DNA of 64,000 nt from an uncultured Chloroflexia bacterium (GCA_963713075.1 CAVQKO010000014.1:367858-431857), one strand, 5' to 3'. Positions 42,452 through 52,661 are shown, counted from the stretch's first letter. Numbers and translations: made by a program. Notes: generated by a model from the sequence alone, not told the origin.

Positions 42452-44121
42452 TCAGGCAGCCGCCTCCCCGAAGTCGTCAGCGGCGATCTCCTCCGGATCG
42501 ACCTCGACCGCCTCGGCGCCGGCCTCGCGGAAGAGGAGCACGAGCCCGGCGGCGGCGACCGCGGTCACGATGCCCACGGCGAACGTGCTCGCCGTCGCGA
42601 TCGACAGCGCGTTGTGGACGCCCGAGTCGTGATGGCCGGCAGGAGCGGAGCGACGATCGCCGCAGCCCGGCCGGCAGCGACGTCGAGGAACGAGGCGCTC
42701 GCGCCGCCCACGCCGGTCAGCGCCCCGGCGCCGCCGTTGGCGACGAGCGCCCCCGCGACTTGGGAGGGCACGCCGGCCGCCGCCAGGGTGCCCGGCAGCT
42801 CGCGCGCGAGCGAGCCCGCGAACAGGGTGCCCGAGACCGCGAGGCCGACGGTGCCGCCGATCTGCTGGAAGAACGTGAGGCTGCTCGACGCTGACCCGAG
42901 CTGCCGGATCGGCACGCTCGACTGCACGACGAGCGGGAACACCGAGAACACGGGGCCCATGCCCAGGCCGGTCACCACCATCGCGAGCCACAGCAGCGGG
43001 AGCGGCGTGTCCGACCGGAGCTGGGTGAGCATCGCGAGGCCGCCCGCGAGCAGCAGCAGCGCCCCGAAGCTCAGCGCCTTGTGCCGGCCGGTCCGCGCGA
43101 TGATCTGGCCCGAGGCCACGGCCGCGACGATGACGCCGGCCAGCAGGGGCAGCATCTCGTAGCCGGAGACCGTCGCCGATGCGCCGCCCACGACCTGGAA
43201 CCAGCGAGGCAGGAACACCGCCGCGGCGAGGTAGCCGCTCATGGCCAGGAAGACGGACAGCACCGAGACAGAGAACGCCCGGATGCGGAACAGGCCGAGC
43301 GGGACGATCGGCTCCGACGTCCGCGACTCGACGGCCACGAAGGCCGCGAGCACGAGCAGTCCGAGGCCGATGAGGCCGCCCACCGCAGGATCGGTCCAGT
43401 CGGCCGCGGCCTTGTTGGACAGGCCGACCAGGATCGGCACGAGCGCTGCCGTGAACAGGCCCGCTCCGAGGTAGTCGATGCTCGCCCGGGGTCCGGCGGC
43501 GTGGTAGGCGGGCAGGTAGCGCCGGACGGTCACGAGCACGATCGCGCCGACCGGCAGGTTGACGAAGAACACCCAGTGCCAGCCGACCGTGTCGGTGAGC
43601 AGGCCGCCGATGCCCGGCCCGAGCAGGCTGGCCAGCCCGAAGACGGCGCCGAACAGGCCCTGGTAGCGGCCGCGCTCGGACGGGGCGAACAGGTCACCGA
43701 TCGTCGCGATGGCGATGGGGAACAGGGCGCCGGCGCCCAGGCCCTGCACGCCGCGGGCGGCGACGAGCTGCCACATCTCGCGCGACAGGCCCGAGAGCAT
43801 CGAGCCCACCATGAACACGCCGACCCCGAACAGGAACACCGGCCGTCGGCCGATGAGGTCCGACACCCTGCCGTACAGCGGGCCGCTGATCGTGGAGGTC
43901 AGGAGGTAGGCCGTGAAGGCCCAGGTGTAGAGGCTGTTGCCCCCGAGATCCGTGATGATCCGGGGGAGGGCCGTCCCGACGACGGTCTGATCGAGCGCTG
44001 CGAGGAACACGCCGACCATGACCGCCCCGAGGACGCGCATGCGGACCGGGTGGGGGAGCGCGACCGGCGGCTGGTCCGCCGATCCGAGCCCTGTCTGCAC
44101 CGCTTGGGACACGAGCGACAC
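42452..44121 (-). CDS. DHA2/MDR family MFS transporter with frameshift near 42630
   Basis: LDQTVVGTALP, ERGRYQGLFG and WVFFVNLPVG; the last TM helix (GVHNALSIATASTFAVG...) lies in another frame ending at 42452. Confidence 0.82.
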
Positions 44122-44166
44122 CTCTGCTACGCGATTTGGCTGACATCGCTCAGTGTGGTGGGTAAA

Positions 44167-44185
44167 TAGGCTTGTTTCGTTCCTA
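44167..44185. promoter_or_regulatory. Palindromic operator between the divergent MFS and WYL genes
   Basis: TAGG-N11-CCTA in an AT-rich patch; -10 TAGCAT at 44195-44200. Confidence 0.5.
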
Positions 44186-44210
44186 ATGACCCACTAGCAT
44201 TCGCGACGTC

Positions 44211-45182
44211 ATGAGCACCTCGTCGCGGCTCCTCCGCCTGCTGTCGCTGCTCCAGACGCCGCGCGACTGGACCGGGGCGGAGCTCGCCGGCCGGCTCGAG
44301 GTCAGCGCCCGAACCATCCGCAACGACATCGAGCGGCTGCGCGCGCTGGGCTACCCGGTGCACGCGACGCGCGGCGCGGTCGGCGGCTACCGCCTGGAGG
44401 CGGGCACCTCGATGCCGCCGCTGCTGCTCGAGGACGACGAGGCCGTGGCCGTGGCGCTCGGCCTGCGCACGGCGACCGCTGGCGCCGGGGCGGGGATCGG
44501 CGAGAGCTCGCTGCGTGCGCTCGCCAAGCTCGAGCAGGTCCTGCCGCCGCGCCTCCGCCGTCAGGTCGCGACGCTGCAGGACGTCACGGTGCTCACGCAT
44601 CGGCGCACCACGGCGACGGCCGCCGACCCGGCCGTCCTCACCGAGCTGGCGCGCCTCGCCCGCGAGCGGTTCGCCGTCCGGTTCGACTACTCGGACCGGC
44701 GGGCGACCGCGTCCCGGCGGCGCGTTGAGCCCTACCGCGTGGTCAATGCGGGCTCGCGCTGGTACCTGGTGGCCTGGGACCTCGACCGCGGCGACTGGCG
44801 GACCTTCCGCGTCGACCGGATCGCGTCCACCCTGTCGGCCGCCGCACGCTTCGCGCCGCGGCGCCTCACCGACGCGGAGGTGGAGGCCCTCGTCACGCGC
44901 GGGATCCCGCCCGAGGCGCGCATCCACCAGGCACGGGTGGTCGTGGCCGCCCCGGCGCAGGAGCTCGCGGACCGCTTCGGGCCGTGGCTGGGGACCATCA
45001 CGGCGCTCACCGCGGGGAGCTGCGCGGTCACGATCGGCGCCGACCGCATCGAGGACCTCGCGATCTGGCTCGGCCGCCTCGGCGCCGACTTCACGGTCGC
45101 CGATCCGCCGGAGCTCGTGGCACAGCTCCGCGTCATGGCTGAGCGGTACGCGCGCGCGGTGCCTGCCGGCCATGACGCCTGA
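44211..45182 (+). CDS. YafY family HTH-WYL transcriptional regulator
   Basis: RLLRLLSLLQ, LEVSARTIRNDIERLR and RWYLVAWDLDRGDWRTFRVDR. Confidence 0.93.
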   Translation: MSTSSRLLRLLSLLQTPRDWTGAELAGRLEVSARTIRNDIERLRALGYPVHATRGAVGGYRLEAGTSMPPLLLEDDEAVAVALGLRTATAGAGAGIGESSLRALAKLEQVLPPRLRRQVATLQDVTVLTHRRTTATAADPAVLTELARLARERFAVRFDYSDRRATASRRRVEPYRVVNAGSRWYLVAWDLDRGDWRTFRVDRIASTLSAAARFAPRRLTDAEVEALVTRGIPPEARIHQARVVVAAPAQELADRFGPWLGTITALTAGSCAVTIGADRIEDLAIWLGRLGADFTVADPPELVAQLRVMAERYARAVPAGHDA

Positions 45183-45203
45183 CGGCGGTCCGCGGGTGCG
45201 ACG

Positions 45204-45425
45204 TCACGCCCCGAAGTCGGTCTCCTTGACCACGCGACCGTCGCGCGCGACCGTCCGCCAGACGCCAACCTGGCGGCCGCGCTCGAACGCGCCGGCGCGC
45301 ATGAGCGAGCCGTCGGCGCGGTAGAAGCGCCACTCGCCGTGCATCTCCCCATCGAGGTTCTGCCCCTCGAAGCGGACGTTGCCGTTGGGGTAGTGGTCGA
45401 TCGCCGGGACGGGCTTGTCGGTCAC
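45204..45425 (-). CDS. Small MORN-variant repeat protein (YwqK-like)
   Basis: YPNGNVRFEG..DGEMHGEWRFYRADGSLMRAGAF..GRQVGVW; GTGA overlap with the upstream tdk-like gene. Confidence 0.75.
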   Translation of the reverse strand: MTDKPVPAIDHYPNGNVRFEGQNLDGEMHGEWRFYRADGSLMRAGAFERGRQVGVWRTVARDGRVVKETDFGA

Positions 45426-46001
45426 GCCGGCGGCCGCGCTCGTGGGCCGTGGCGGCGGCAGCGGGCCTGGTAGGCCTCCACACCACCGACGTTCGCCTCG
45501 ACGAGCTCATCCGGGCCGACGAGCGGCTGCGCGACCCGGACATGGAACACCGCCTCCTCGCCGCACAGCGTGCAGATGGCGGTCAGCTTGTCGACGCGCT
45601 CCGCGAGCGCCATGAGCGAGGGCAGGGGCTCGAACGGCTGGCCGTCGAAGGTGACGTCCAGGCCTGCCACGATGACGACCCGCCCGCTTGCTGCCAGGCT
45701 GCTCGACCACGTGCGTCAGGCCCGGCCCGAAGAACTGGGCCTCGTCAATCGCGACCACGTCCGCTCCGGCGGGGACCGCCTCCTCGATCGCGCCGGCGTC
45801 GGCCACCGCGACTGAGGGGTAGTCGAGGCCGGCATGGGACGCGAGCCTGCCCGCGCCGCTCCGCCCCTCGTCGAGGGCGTGGCCGATGACCACGACGTGC
45901 CGCCCGGCTATCACCGCGCGGCGGACGCGGCGGAGCAGCTCCTCCGTCTTGCCCGCGAACATCGGGCCGCAGACCACCTCGACCCGTCCGACCCGCTCCA
46001 C
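45422..46001 (-). pseudogene. tdk: Second thymidine kinase, split by a +1 frameshift
   Basis: GPMFAGKTEEL and IDEAQFF in one frame; GLDVTFDGQPF, AICTLCG and YQARCRRH in another. Removing one base at 45697-45698 restores QLAASGRVVIVAG. May be a sequencing error. Confidence 0.8.
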
Positions 46002-46290
46002 GGCGACAGCATGGCACGTCGCGGTCGCGCACTGCGCGTCGCCTACGCCCCCGGAGCGTCGTAGACGCCGTACGCCCCGGATTCCCCGTCAGCGACGTGC
46101 CCGAGGCGTGCCTGGACCCGATCCTTCGCCTCCACCGGGCGCAGACGCGTCCCGCCGGCGCCTACCACGCTCCCGGGGCGTCGATGGTGATCTGGGCGTC
46201 CACGGCGTGCTGGTCCTGGTGGGATGTCGCTGGCGTTCGGGGCCAGCGCGCAGCTGCTGCCCTGGAACGGGGCGCCGCGCCTACCCCCGC

Positions 46291-47985
46291 CTACCCCCGC
46301 GCCTGGGCCTTGGCCCAGCTGTCCTTGAGGGTGACCGTCCGGTTGAACACCAGGGCGTCAGCGCGCGAGTCGGTGTCCGCGCAGAAGTAGCCCAGGCGCT
46401 CGAACTGGACCGTGTCGCCGGGCCTGGAGCCCGCCAGTGATGGCTCCACGAACCCGCGGACGATCGTCTCGGACGCTGGGTTGAGGTCGTCGAGCAGGTC
46501 GCGGCCAGCGGCACCCGGGTCGGGGCGCGTGAACAGGTAGTCGTAGAGGCGGACCTCGGCGGGGACCGCGTGCGCCGCGGAGACCCAGTGGAGCGTGGCC
46601 TTCGGGCGCCGGCCGTCGGGCGAGTCGCCGCCCCGCGTCGCCGGGTCGTAGGAGCAGCGGAGCTCCACGACCCGCCCTTCGGCGTCCTTCACCACCTCGT
46701 CGCACGTGATGAAGTAAGCATTCCGGAGCCGCACTTCGCGCCCCGGTGCCAGGCGGAAGAACTTGGGCGCTGGTTCCTCCATGAAGTCGTCGCGCTCGAT
46801 CCACAGCTCACGCGAGAACGCCACCGGCCGCTCGCCGGCCGCAGGGTCCTCCGGGTTGTTCACCACCTCCATCGTCTCGATCCGGTCGTCGGGGAAGTTG
46901 GTGATCACGACCTTGAGCGGGTCGAGCACGCCGAACCGGCGCGGCGCGGTCCGGTTGAGCACGTCGCGGACGCAGTGCTCGAGCAGCGCCATCTCGTGGG
47001 TGCTGTCGGCCTTGGCGACGCCCACCTCGGTCGCGAAGTCGCGGATCCCCTGGGCCGGGAAGCCCCGTCGCCGCAGGCCCGAGATCGTGGGCATGCGCGG
47101 GTCGTCCCAGCCGCGGACGCGCCCGTCCTGCACCAGGCGGAGCAGGAACCGCTTGGACAGCACCGTGTAGGTGAGCGACAGCCGCGCGAACTCGTACTGG
47201 TGCGGCACGTGCGGCACGGGCAGGTGCTCGATCAGCCAGTCGTACAGGGGCCGGTGGACGTCGAACTCGAGCGTGCAGATCGAGTGCGTGACGCCCTCGA
47301 TCGCGTCGCTCTGGCCGTGCGCGTAGTCGTAGGTCGGGTAAATGCACCACGCGTCGCCGGTCCGCGGGTGGCTCGCGTGCACGATCCGGTACAGGACCGG
47401 GTCACGCAGGTTGATGTTGGGCGAGGCCATGTCGATCTTCGCCCGCAGCACGCGCGCGCCGTTGGCGAACTCGCCTGCGCGCATCCGCGCGAACAGGTCG
47501 AGGTTCTCCTCGGCCGACCGGTCCCGGAAGGGCGAGTTCGTCCCGGGCTCGGTCAGCGTGCCGCGCGTCTCGCGGATCTCGTCGGCCGAGAGGTCGTCGA
47601 CGAACGCGTCGCCGTTGCGGATGAGGTGGAGCGCCCATTCATAGAGCGTCTCGAAGTAGTCCGAGGCGTGGAACAGGTTGTCGCCCCAGTCGAAGCCGAG
47701 CCAGCGCACGTCGGTCTGGATCGCGTCGAGGTACTCCTGCTCCTCCTTGACCGGGTTGGTGTCGTCGAAGCGCAGGTTGCAGTGCCCGCCGAACTCGGCG
47801 GCCACGCCGAAGTTGAGGCAGATCGACTTGGCGTGGCCGATGTGGAGGTAGCCGTTGGGCTCGGGCGGGAACCGTGTCACCGGCGCGCTCACGCGGCCGG
47901 CGGCGATGTCGGCGGCCACGATGTCGCGGATGAAGTCCCGGCGGTCGGGGGCGCCAGCGGCGGGCTCGGTCCTGGATACGCTCAT
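46291..47985 (-). CDS. glnS: Glutamine--tRNA ligase
   Basis: [44 protein letters not shown] and QFERLGYF. Confidence 0.96.
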   Translation of the reverse strand: MSVSRTEPAAGAPDRRDFIRDIVAADIAAGRVSAPVTRFPPEPNGYLHIGHAKSICLNFGVAAEFGGHCNLRFDDTNPVKEEQEYLDAIQTDVRWLGFDWGDNLFHASDYFETLYEWALHLIRNGDAFVDDLSADEIRETRGTLTEPGTNSPFRDRSAEENLDLFARMRAGEFANGARVLRAKIDMASPNINLRDPVLYRIVHASHPRTGDAWCIYPTYDYAHGQSDAIEGVTHSICTLEFDVHRPLYDWLIEHLPVPHVPHQYEFARLSLTYTVLSKRFLLRLVQDGRVRGWDDPRMPTISGLRRRGFPAQGIRDFATEVGVAKADSTHEMALLEHCVRDVLNRTAPRRFGVLDPLKVVITNFPDDRIETMEVVNNPEDPAAGERPVAFSRELWIERDDFMEEPAPKFFRLAPGREVRLRNAYFITCDEVVKDAEGRVVELRCSYDPATRGGDSPDGRRPKATLHWVSAAHAVPAEVRLYDYLFTRPDPGAAGRDLLDDLNPASETIVRGFVEPSLAGSRPGDTVQFERLGYFCADTDSRADALVFNRTVTLKDSWAKAQARG

Positions 47986-48059
47986 GGCGGCGGCTCCTGC
48001 TACCGGTGGGGGAGGAGTCGCGGCTCACGCGAGCGGGCGCACCACACTCCCTTGGGAGT

Positions 48060-48133
48060 TGGCTGACGCACCGGGATTCGAACCTCGGCCCTCCCGGCTC
48101 AGCACCGGGCGCTCGTCCATGAGCCACGCATCA
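48060..48133 (-). tRNA. Non-canonical tRNA-Gln(CUG)-like cloverleaf
   Basis: UGAUGCG-UG-GCUC-AUGGAC-GAGC-G-CCCGG-UGCUGAG-CCGGG-AGGG-CCG(A)GG-UUCGAAU-CCCGG-UGCGUCA-G-CCA. It has U1-A72, G73, a CUG anticodon and encoded CCA, but G33 instead of U33 and a bulged T-stem. -10 TAGACT lies at 48148-48153. Confidence 0.7.
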
Positions 48134-48206
48134 GCGACCTGGCGCCCAGTCTAGCGCACCGATCGCGACAGACCAGTGCTTGGCATGAGGCCTTGCGTCG
48201 GTGTGG

Positions 48207-48232
48207 AGTATACGTATACTGATACTCATACT
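48207..48232. promoter_or_regulatory. Operator/promoter of the EXLDI operon
   Basis: Perfect palindrome AGTATACGTATACT (48207-48220) overlapping -10 TATACT; ATACT repeated three times at 6-bp period. Confidence 0.6.
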
Positions 48233-48257
48233 CTGTTTCCGATCAGGAGGCTAGGAT

Positions 48258-48791
48258 GTGCCCGTGCCGAACAAGACGATCTACGTGTCCGACGGAGACC
48301 TGCCGCTCTTCGCCCGTGCGCAGGAGCTCGCCGGCGGCAACCTCTCGTCAGCGATCGCGAAGGCGCTGCACCGCTGGGTGGACACCGCCGACGCGCTCGC
48401 CGGCGGCTTCGAGGAGATCACCGTCCGCGTCGGACTCGGCGCAGGCCGCAAGGTCCGCTTCGTCGGCGTGCTCGTGGGCGAGTGGACGGACACGCGGACC
48501 GGTGGTGGCGGCATGGCCGACGCCTATCACGTCTACCGGGGCCGGACCGGCAAGCTCGTGGTCCACGTGGAGCGGAGCCCCGAGTGGTGGGCCGTCGACG
48601 CGGAGGGCAAACCAGCGGGCTGGCGCGCCTGGGTCGGCGTGGGCGACGTGCGCTATGGCTCGCGGCCCAAGGAATCGACGCTCGAGGTGGTGGACACGCT
48701 CGAGCAGCTGCGCGACAAGGTCCCCCCTGAGCTGTTCGACATGGTCGAGCGGACGATGCGCCAGCCGACCGTGGAGGAGCTCGACATCTAG
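48258..48791 (+). CDS. EXLDI family protein (RHH-like N-terminus)
   Basis: PNKTIYVSD..LFARAQEL.GGNLSSAI, RKVRFVG and C-terminal VEELDI. Confidence 0.88.
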   Translation: MPVPNKTIYVSDGDLPLFARAQELAGGNLSSAIAKALHRWVDTADALAGGFEEITVRVGLGAGRKVRFVGVLVGEWTDTRTGGGGMADAYHVYRGRTGKLVVHVERSPEWWAVDAEGKPAGWRAWVGVGDVRYGSRPKESTLEVVDTLEQLRDKVPPELFDMVERTMRQPTVEELDI

Positions 48792-48845
48792 CCCGGCGGG
48801 CACGCCGCCCTCCGCTCACGCGGCTCGGGCTGCGGAGGCCGTCCG

Positions 48846-49805
48846 ATGACCGGGCCGGAGCGGGCCAGCGCGGTCTCGGCACGCGGGCTGCGCAAGGCCT
48901 ATGGACCGCACACGGTTCTCGACGGCATCGACCTCGAGGTCCCCGCCGGCACCGTGTTCGCGCTCCTCGGCCCCAACGGCGCAGGCAAGACGACCGCGGT
49001 CCACATCCTCACCACGCTGCTCCGCCCCGACGCCGGGGAGGTGCTCGTGGGCGGCGTGGACATCGCCCGGCGGCCCGACGAGGCGCGGCGGCTGATCGGG
49101 CTGACCGGGCAGGTGTCGGCGGTGGACCCGCAGTTCACGGGCATCGAGAACCTGCAGCTGATGGCCGACCTGCACCACCTCGAGCGCGGGGACGGGCACC
49201 GCCGGATCCGCGAGCTGCTCGACCGATTCGACCTGGGCGAGGCGGCGACCAAACCCGTGCAGACCTGGTCCGGCGGCATGCGACGGCGGCTGGACCTGGC
49301 GATGACCCTGGTCGGGCAGCCGCAGATCATCTTCCTCGACGAGCCGACGACCGGCCTCGACCCGAGGAGCCGCCGCGTCATGTGGGACACGGTCCGGGAG
49401 ATCGTCGGCGGCGGGGTCACGGTCTTCCTGACCACCCAGTACCTCGAGGAGGCCGACCGCCTGGCGAGCCGGATCGCGCTGCTCGACGGCGGTCGCATCG
49501 TGGCCCAGGGATCGCCGGCGGAGCTGAAGCGGCTGGTTCCCGGCGGCAGCGTGCGGCTGGAGTTCGGGTCCGAGGAGCAGCTCGAGCGCGCGGCGAGCGT
49601 GCTCGAGCGCGGCACGCGCGACGGGTCGGGGCTGGCCCTCGAGGTCCCCGGCGACGGCGGCATGCACGCGCTGCGCGGCCTGCTCGAGCGGCTCGAGGCG
49701 GCCTCGGTCGAGGTGGACGCGCTGTCGGTGCGCCCGGCCGACCTCGATGACGTCTTCCTGTCCATGACCGGCCGCCGCGACGGCCCCGAGGAGGCCCCCC
49801 GATGA
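48846..49805 (+). CDS. ABC transporter ATP-binding protein (DrrA-like)
   Basis: GPNGAGKTT, SGGMRRRLDLA, FLDEPTTGLDP and LTTQYLEEAD. Confidence 0.92.
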   Translation: MTGPERASAVSARGLRKAYGPHTVLDGIDLEVPAGTVFALLGPNGAGKTTAVHILTTLLRPDAGEVLVGGVDIARRPDEARRLIGLTGQVSAVDPQFTGIENLQLMADLHHLERGDGHRRIRELLDRFDLGEAATKPVQTWSGGMRRRLDLAMTLVGQPQIIFLDEPTTGLDPRSRRVMWDTVREIVGGGVTVFLTTQYLEEADRLASRIALLDGGRIVAQGSPAELKRLVPGGSVRLEFGSEEQLERAASVLERGTRDGSGLALEVPGDGGMHALRGLLERLEAASVEVDALSVRPADLDDVFLSMTGRRDGPEEAPR

Positions 49806-50611
49806 ACGCCACCACGCTCGCCGACACGTCCACCATGCTGCGGCGGAGCCTGCGCCGCATGCGACGCTATCCCTCGCTCACGCTGTTCATCGCCGGCATC
49901 CCGGTGGTCCTGCTGCTCCTGTTCGTGTACGTCTTCGGGGGCACGCTCGGCGCCGGGCTCGGCGGGGCGGCACCGCAGGACGCGGGGGGTGACCGGGCTG
50001 CGTACATCGCGTATGTCGTGCCGGCCATCCTGCTGATCGCCGTCTCCGGGGCAGGGCAGGGGACGGCCATCTCGGTCGCGATGGACATGACCCAGGGCAT
50101 CATCGCCCGGTTCCGGACGATGGCCATCGCGCGGTCGTCGGTGCTCGGCGGCCATGTCCTCGGCGCCGTGGTGCAGTCGATCCTGGCCACCGCCCTCGTC
50201 GTGGCCGTCGCGCTGCTGATCGGCTTCCGCCCCACCACCGGGCCGGGCGAGTGGCTGGCCGCACTGGGCCTGCTCGCGCTCTGCGCCGCTGCGATCAGCT
50301 GCCTGTCGGTGGCCCTCGGGCTGGCCGCCAACAGCGTCGAGACCGCGAGCAACTCGCCGATGTTCCTGACCCTGCTGCCGTTCCTGAGCTCGGGGTTCGT
50401 TCCCGCGGCGTCCATGCCCGGACCGGTCGGCTGGTTCGCCCAGGTGCAGCCGTTCACGCCGGTCATCGAGACCCTGCGCGGGCTGCTCCTCGGGACCCCC
50501 ATCGGGAGCAGCGGGCCGGTCGCCATCGCGTGGTGTGTGGCGGTGGCCGTTGCCGGCTTCGCCTGGGCGCTGCGACTCTACGAGCGCCTGCCGGAGCGGG
50601 CCGGGGCCTAG
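49802..50611 (+). CDS. ABC-2 permease (DrrB-like)
   Basis: Six TM helices; DMTQGIIARFRTM and FLSSGFVP..MP..FAQVQPFT; ATGA overlap. Confidence 0.9.
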   Translation: MNATTLADTSTMLRRSLRRMRRYPSLTLFIAGIPVVLLLLFVYVFGGTLGAGLGGAAPQDAGGDRAAYIAYVVPAILLIAVSGAGQGTAISVAMDMTQGIIARFRTMAIARSSVLGGHVLGAVVQSILATALVVAVALLIGFRPTTGPGEWLAALGLLALCAAAISCLSVALGLAANSVETASNSPMFLTLLPFLSSGFVPAASMPGPVGWFAQVQPFTPVIETLRGLLLGTPIGSSGPVAIAWCVAVAVAGFAWALRLYERLPERAGA

Positions 50612-50843
50612 CGGCCATCGTGGTGCGGCGGTCCTTCCGCGCTCCGGCCCGACCGGCCGCTCGCCGCCGGGACGCGGCGGAGCGTGCGCGGGGAGGCGCA
50701 CTGTATCGTTGCCAGTGCGCTCGTTACCGCCGGCGCGAACGCCTCTCCAGCCACCGCGTGCGGGCCAGGCTCAGGATCTCCATCCGCATCGACATCGCTT
50801 CTGCGGTCGGCGGGGCCAGCACGCGCCTGAAAGGCAGGTCGAC

Positions 50844-51857
50844 ATGGAGCCCCTTCGCATTGGCATCATCGGTGCGGCAAGGATCGCGCCCGACTCGATC
50901 GTGACGCCGGCGAAGCTCACCGGGGCGCGCTTGGTAGGGATCGCATCGCGGGACCGCGGGAGGGCTGAGGCCTTCGCCGCCGCCCACGGTGTGGAGCGGG
51001 TCCTCGACTCGTACGCGGACGTGATCGCTGACCCCGAGGTGGAGGCCATCTACAACCCGCTTGCCAACGGCCTGCACGCACCGTGGAACCTGGCGGCGAT
51101 TGCAGCCGGCAAGCACGTCTTGTCCGAGAAGCCGTTTGCGAGCAACGCGGTGGAGGCGGCTGAGGTCCGCGACGCAGGCCGGCGCGCCGCCGTGGTGGTC
51201 GCCGACGGGTTCCACTACCTGTACCACCCGGTTACCATGCGGCTCCACGAGCTCCTGGCGTCCGGCGAGCTCGGACAACTCCGGCATGTCGAGGTGCGGA
51301 TGGTCAACCCGCCACCCGACGACGATGACCCCCGCTGGTCGCACTCGCTCGCTGGCGGTGCGCTGATGGACCTCGGCTGCTACAGCCTTCACGCCCACCG
51401 TGTGCTGGCGCCGCTGGCAGGAGGCGAGCCGGTCCTCGTGTCCGCCCGCGGCGGAGAGCGGCGCGGCCGCCCCGGCGTCGACGAGTGGCTTGAGGCGGAC
51501 CTCAAGTTCCCCTCCGACGCGACGGGCCTCGCGCACTGCAACATGGCAGGCGAGGCGCAGGAGCTCACCTACCGGATCGTCGGGTCCCGCGGCGAGGCGA
51601 TGGCCGCGAACTTCATCCTCCCGCACGTCGATGACCGGCTTCTGGTGCGGACCGACGCAGGCGAGCGAGTGGAGCACCTCGGCAACCGGTCCTCGTACAC
51701 CTACCAGCTCGAGGCCTTCACCGCAGCCGTCCGGACCGGCGCGGCGATGCCGACCGACAGCGACGACGCGGTCATGACCATGCAGCTGATCGACCAGTGC
51801 TATCGGACGGCCGGTTTCGAGCCGCGACCCCGCTGGATTTCGTCTCCCAGCGGCTGA
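50844..51857 (+). CDS. Gfo/Idh/MocA family oxidoreductase
   Basis: RIGIIGAARIA, AGKHVLSEKP and GGALMDLGCY. Confidence 0.9.
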   Translation: MEPLRIGIIGAARIAPDSIVTPAKLTGARLVGIASRDRGRAEAFAAAHGVERVLDSYADVIADPEVEAIYNPLANGLHAPWNLAAIAAGKHVLSEKPFASNAVEAAEVRDAGRRAAVVVADGFHYLYHPVTMRLHELLASGELGQLRHVEVRMVNPPPDDDDPRWSHSLAGGALMDLGCYSLHAHRVLAPLAGGEPVLVSARGGERRGRPGVDEWLEADLKFPSDATGLAHCNMAGEAQELTYRIVGSRGEAMAANFILPHVDDRLLVRTDAGERVEHLGNRSSYTYQLEAFTAAVRTGAAMPTDSDDAVMTMQLIDQCYRTAGFEPRPRWISSPSG

Positions 51858-51998
51858 GAGCACGTCTGGTCGCGTCTTGCGCGGTGGCGCCCGGGAGAAC
51901 CGCCGCACCTCCGGGGCCGCGTCGAGGCGGTGGGCGCGTCGCGGCCGGCGGTCAGCCGGGCCGTGGCCGCCGGACGCCGGTGGGCTCGAGACCGACGC

Positions 51999-52661
51999 CT
52001 ACGCGGGAGCCTGGCCTGGAGCGGCAGGCGATTCAGGAGCGTCGAGCACCACGATGACGATCAGCTGCCGGGGGCCGTGGACGCCCTCGACGCGGTCGAG
52101 CTCGATGTCGCTCGTCGCCGATGGCCCGCTGATCCACGTGAGCGGGCGATGCGGGTCGAGTGCCGCCACGGCCGCCGGCACGTCATCGACGATGGCCGAT
52201 GCGGGTACGATGCACACATGGCGGTCCGGGACGAGTGACAGCGCGCGGCGGCCCTGCCCGGGGCCCCCGTCGAGGACGACGGTGCCCGTCTCGGCGATGG
52301 CGAGGGCGCAGCCGGTGATGACCGCGTCGATGGCATCGAGTGCTGCGCTGGCGAGGTGCGGGTTGTCGCACAGCAGGCCCGGGAGGCCGTCCGGCAGCCA
52401 GTACTCGGGGACGCCGGCCGGGACGACCACACTCCGAGCGCCGAGCGCTGCGAGGGCGTCGCGCACGACCGATGCCACCGCGCTGGACGCGACCAGCCGA
52501 ACCTCCGCTCGGAAGTCAGCGACACGCTCCGCGAACCGGGTCGCAGCGTCAGGGGGAGCCTCGGTCGCCCGGCGGTAGTCGCGCGGGACGACCGGCAACG
52601 GCGGCTGGTCCGCGAGCGCGCTGCGGGCGGCCTCGAGGATGCTCTCACGCGACGTGGTCAC
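51999..52661 (-). CDS. lutC: Lactate utilization protein C (LUD domain)
   Basis: AIAETGTVVL, GRRALSLVP and ISGPSATSDIELDRVEGVHGP. Confidence 0.9.
   Translation of the reverse strand: MTTSRESILEAARSALADQPPLPVVPRDYRRATEAPPDAATRFAERVADFRAEVRLVASSAVASVVRDALAALGARSVVVPAGVPEYWLPDGLPGLLCDNPHLASAALDAIDAVITGCALAIAETGTVVLDGGPGQGRRALSLVPDRHVCIVPASAIVDDVPAAVAALDPHRPLTWISGPSATSDIELDRVEGVHGPRQLIVIVVLDAPESPAAPGQAPA

Noticed and set aside
42565-42640. Programmed frameshift in the MFS gene
   Set aside because: No slippery sequence is visible; a simple indel error is more likely.
46097-46390. 97-aa ORF between tdk2 and glnS
   Set aside because: It overlaps the glnS end antisense and has no RBS or recognisable motif.
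48060-48133. tRNA as an integration site (att) of a mobile element
   Set aside because: No integrase, and I saw no duplicated tRNA 3' end in the window.
47986-48150. T-box riboswitch upstream of glnS
   Set aside because: No T-box bulge consensus (UGGNACC) or stem I motifs; the element is itself a cloverleaf.
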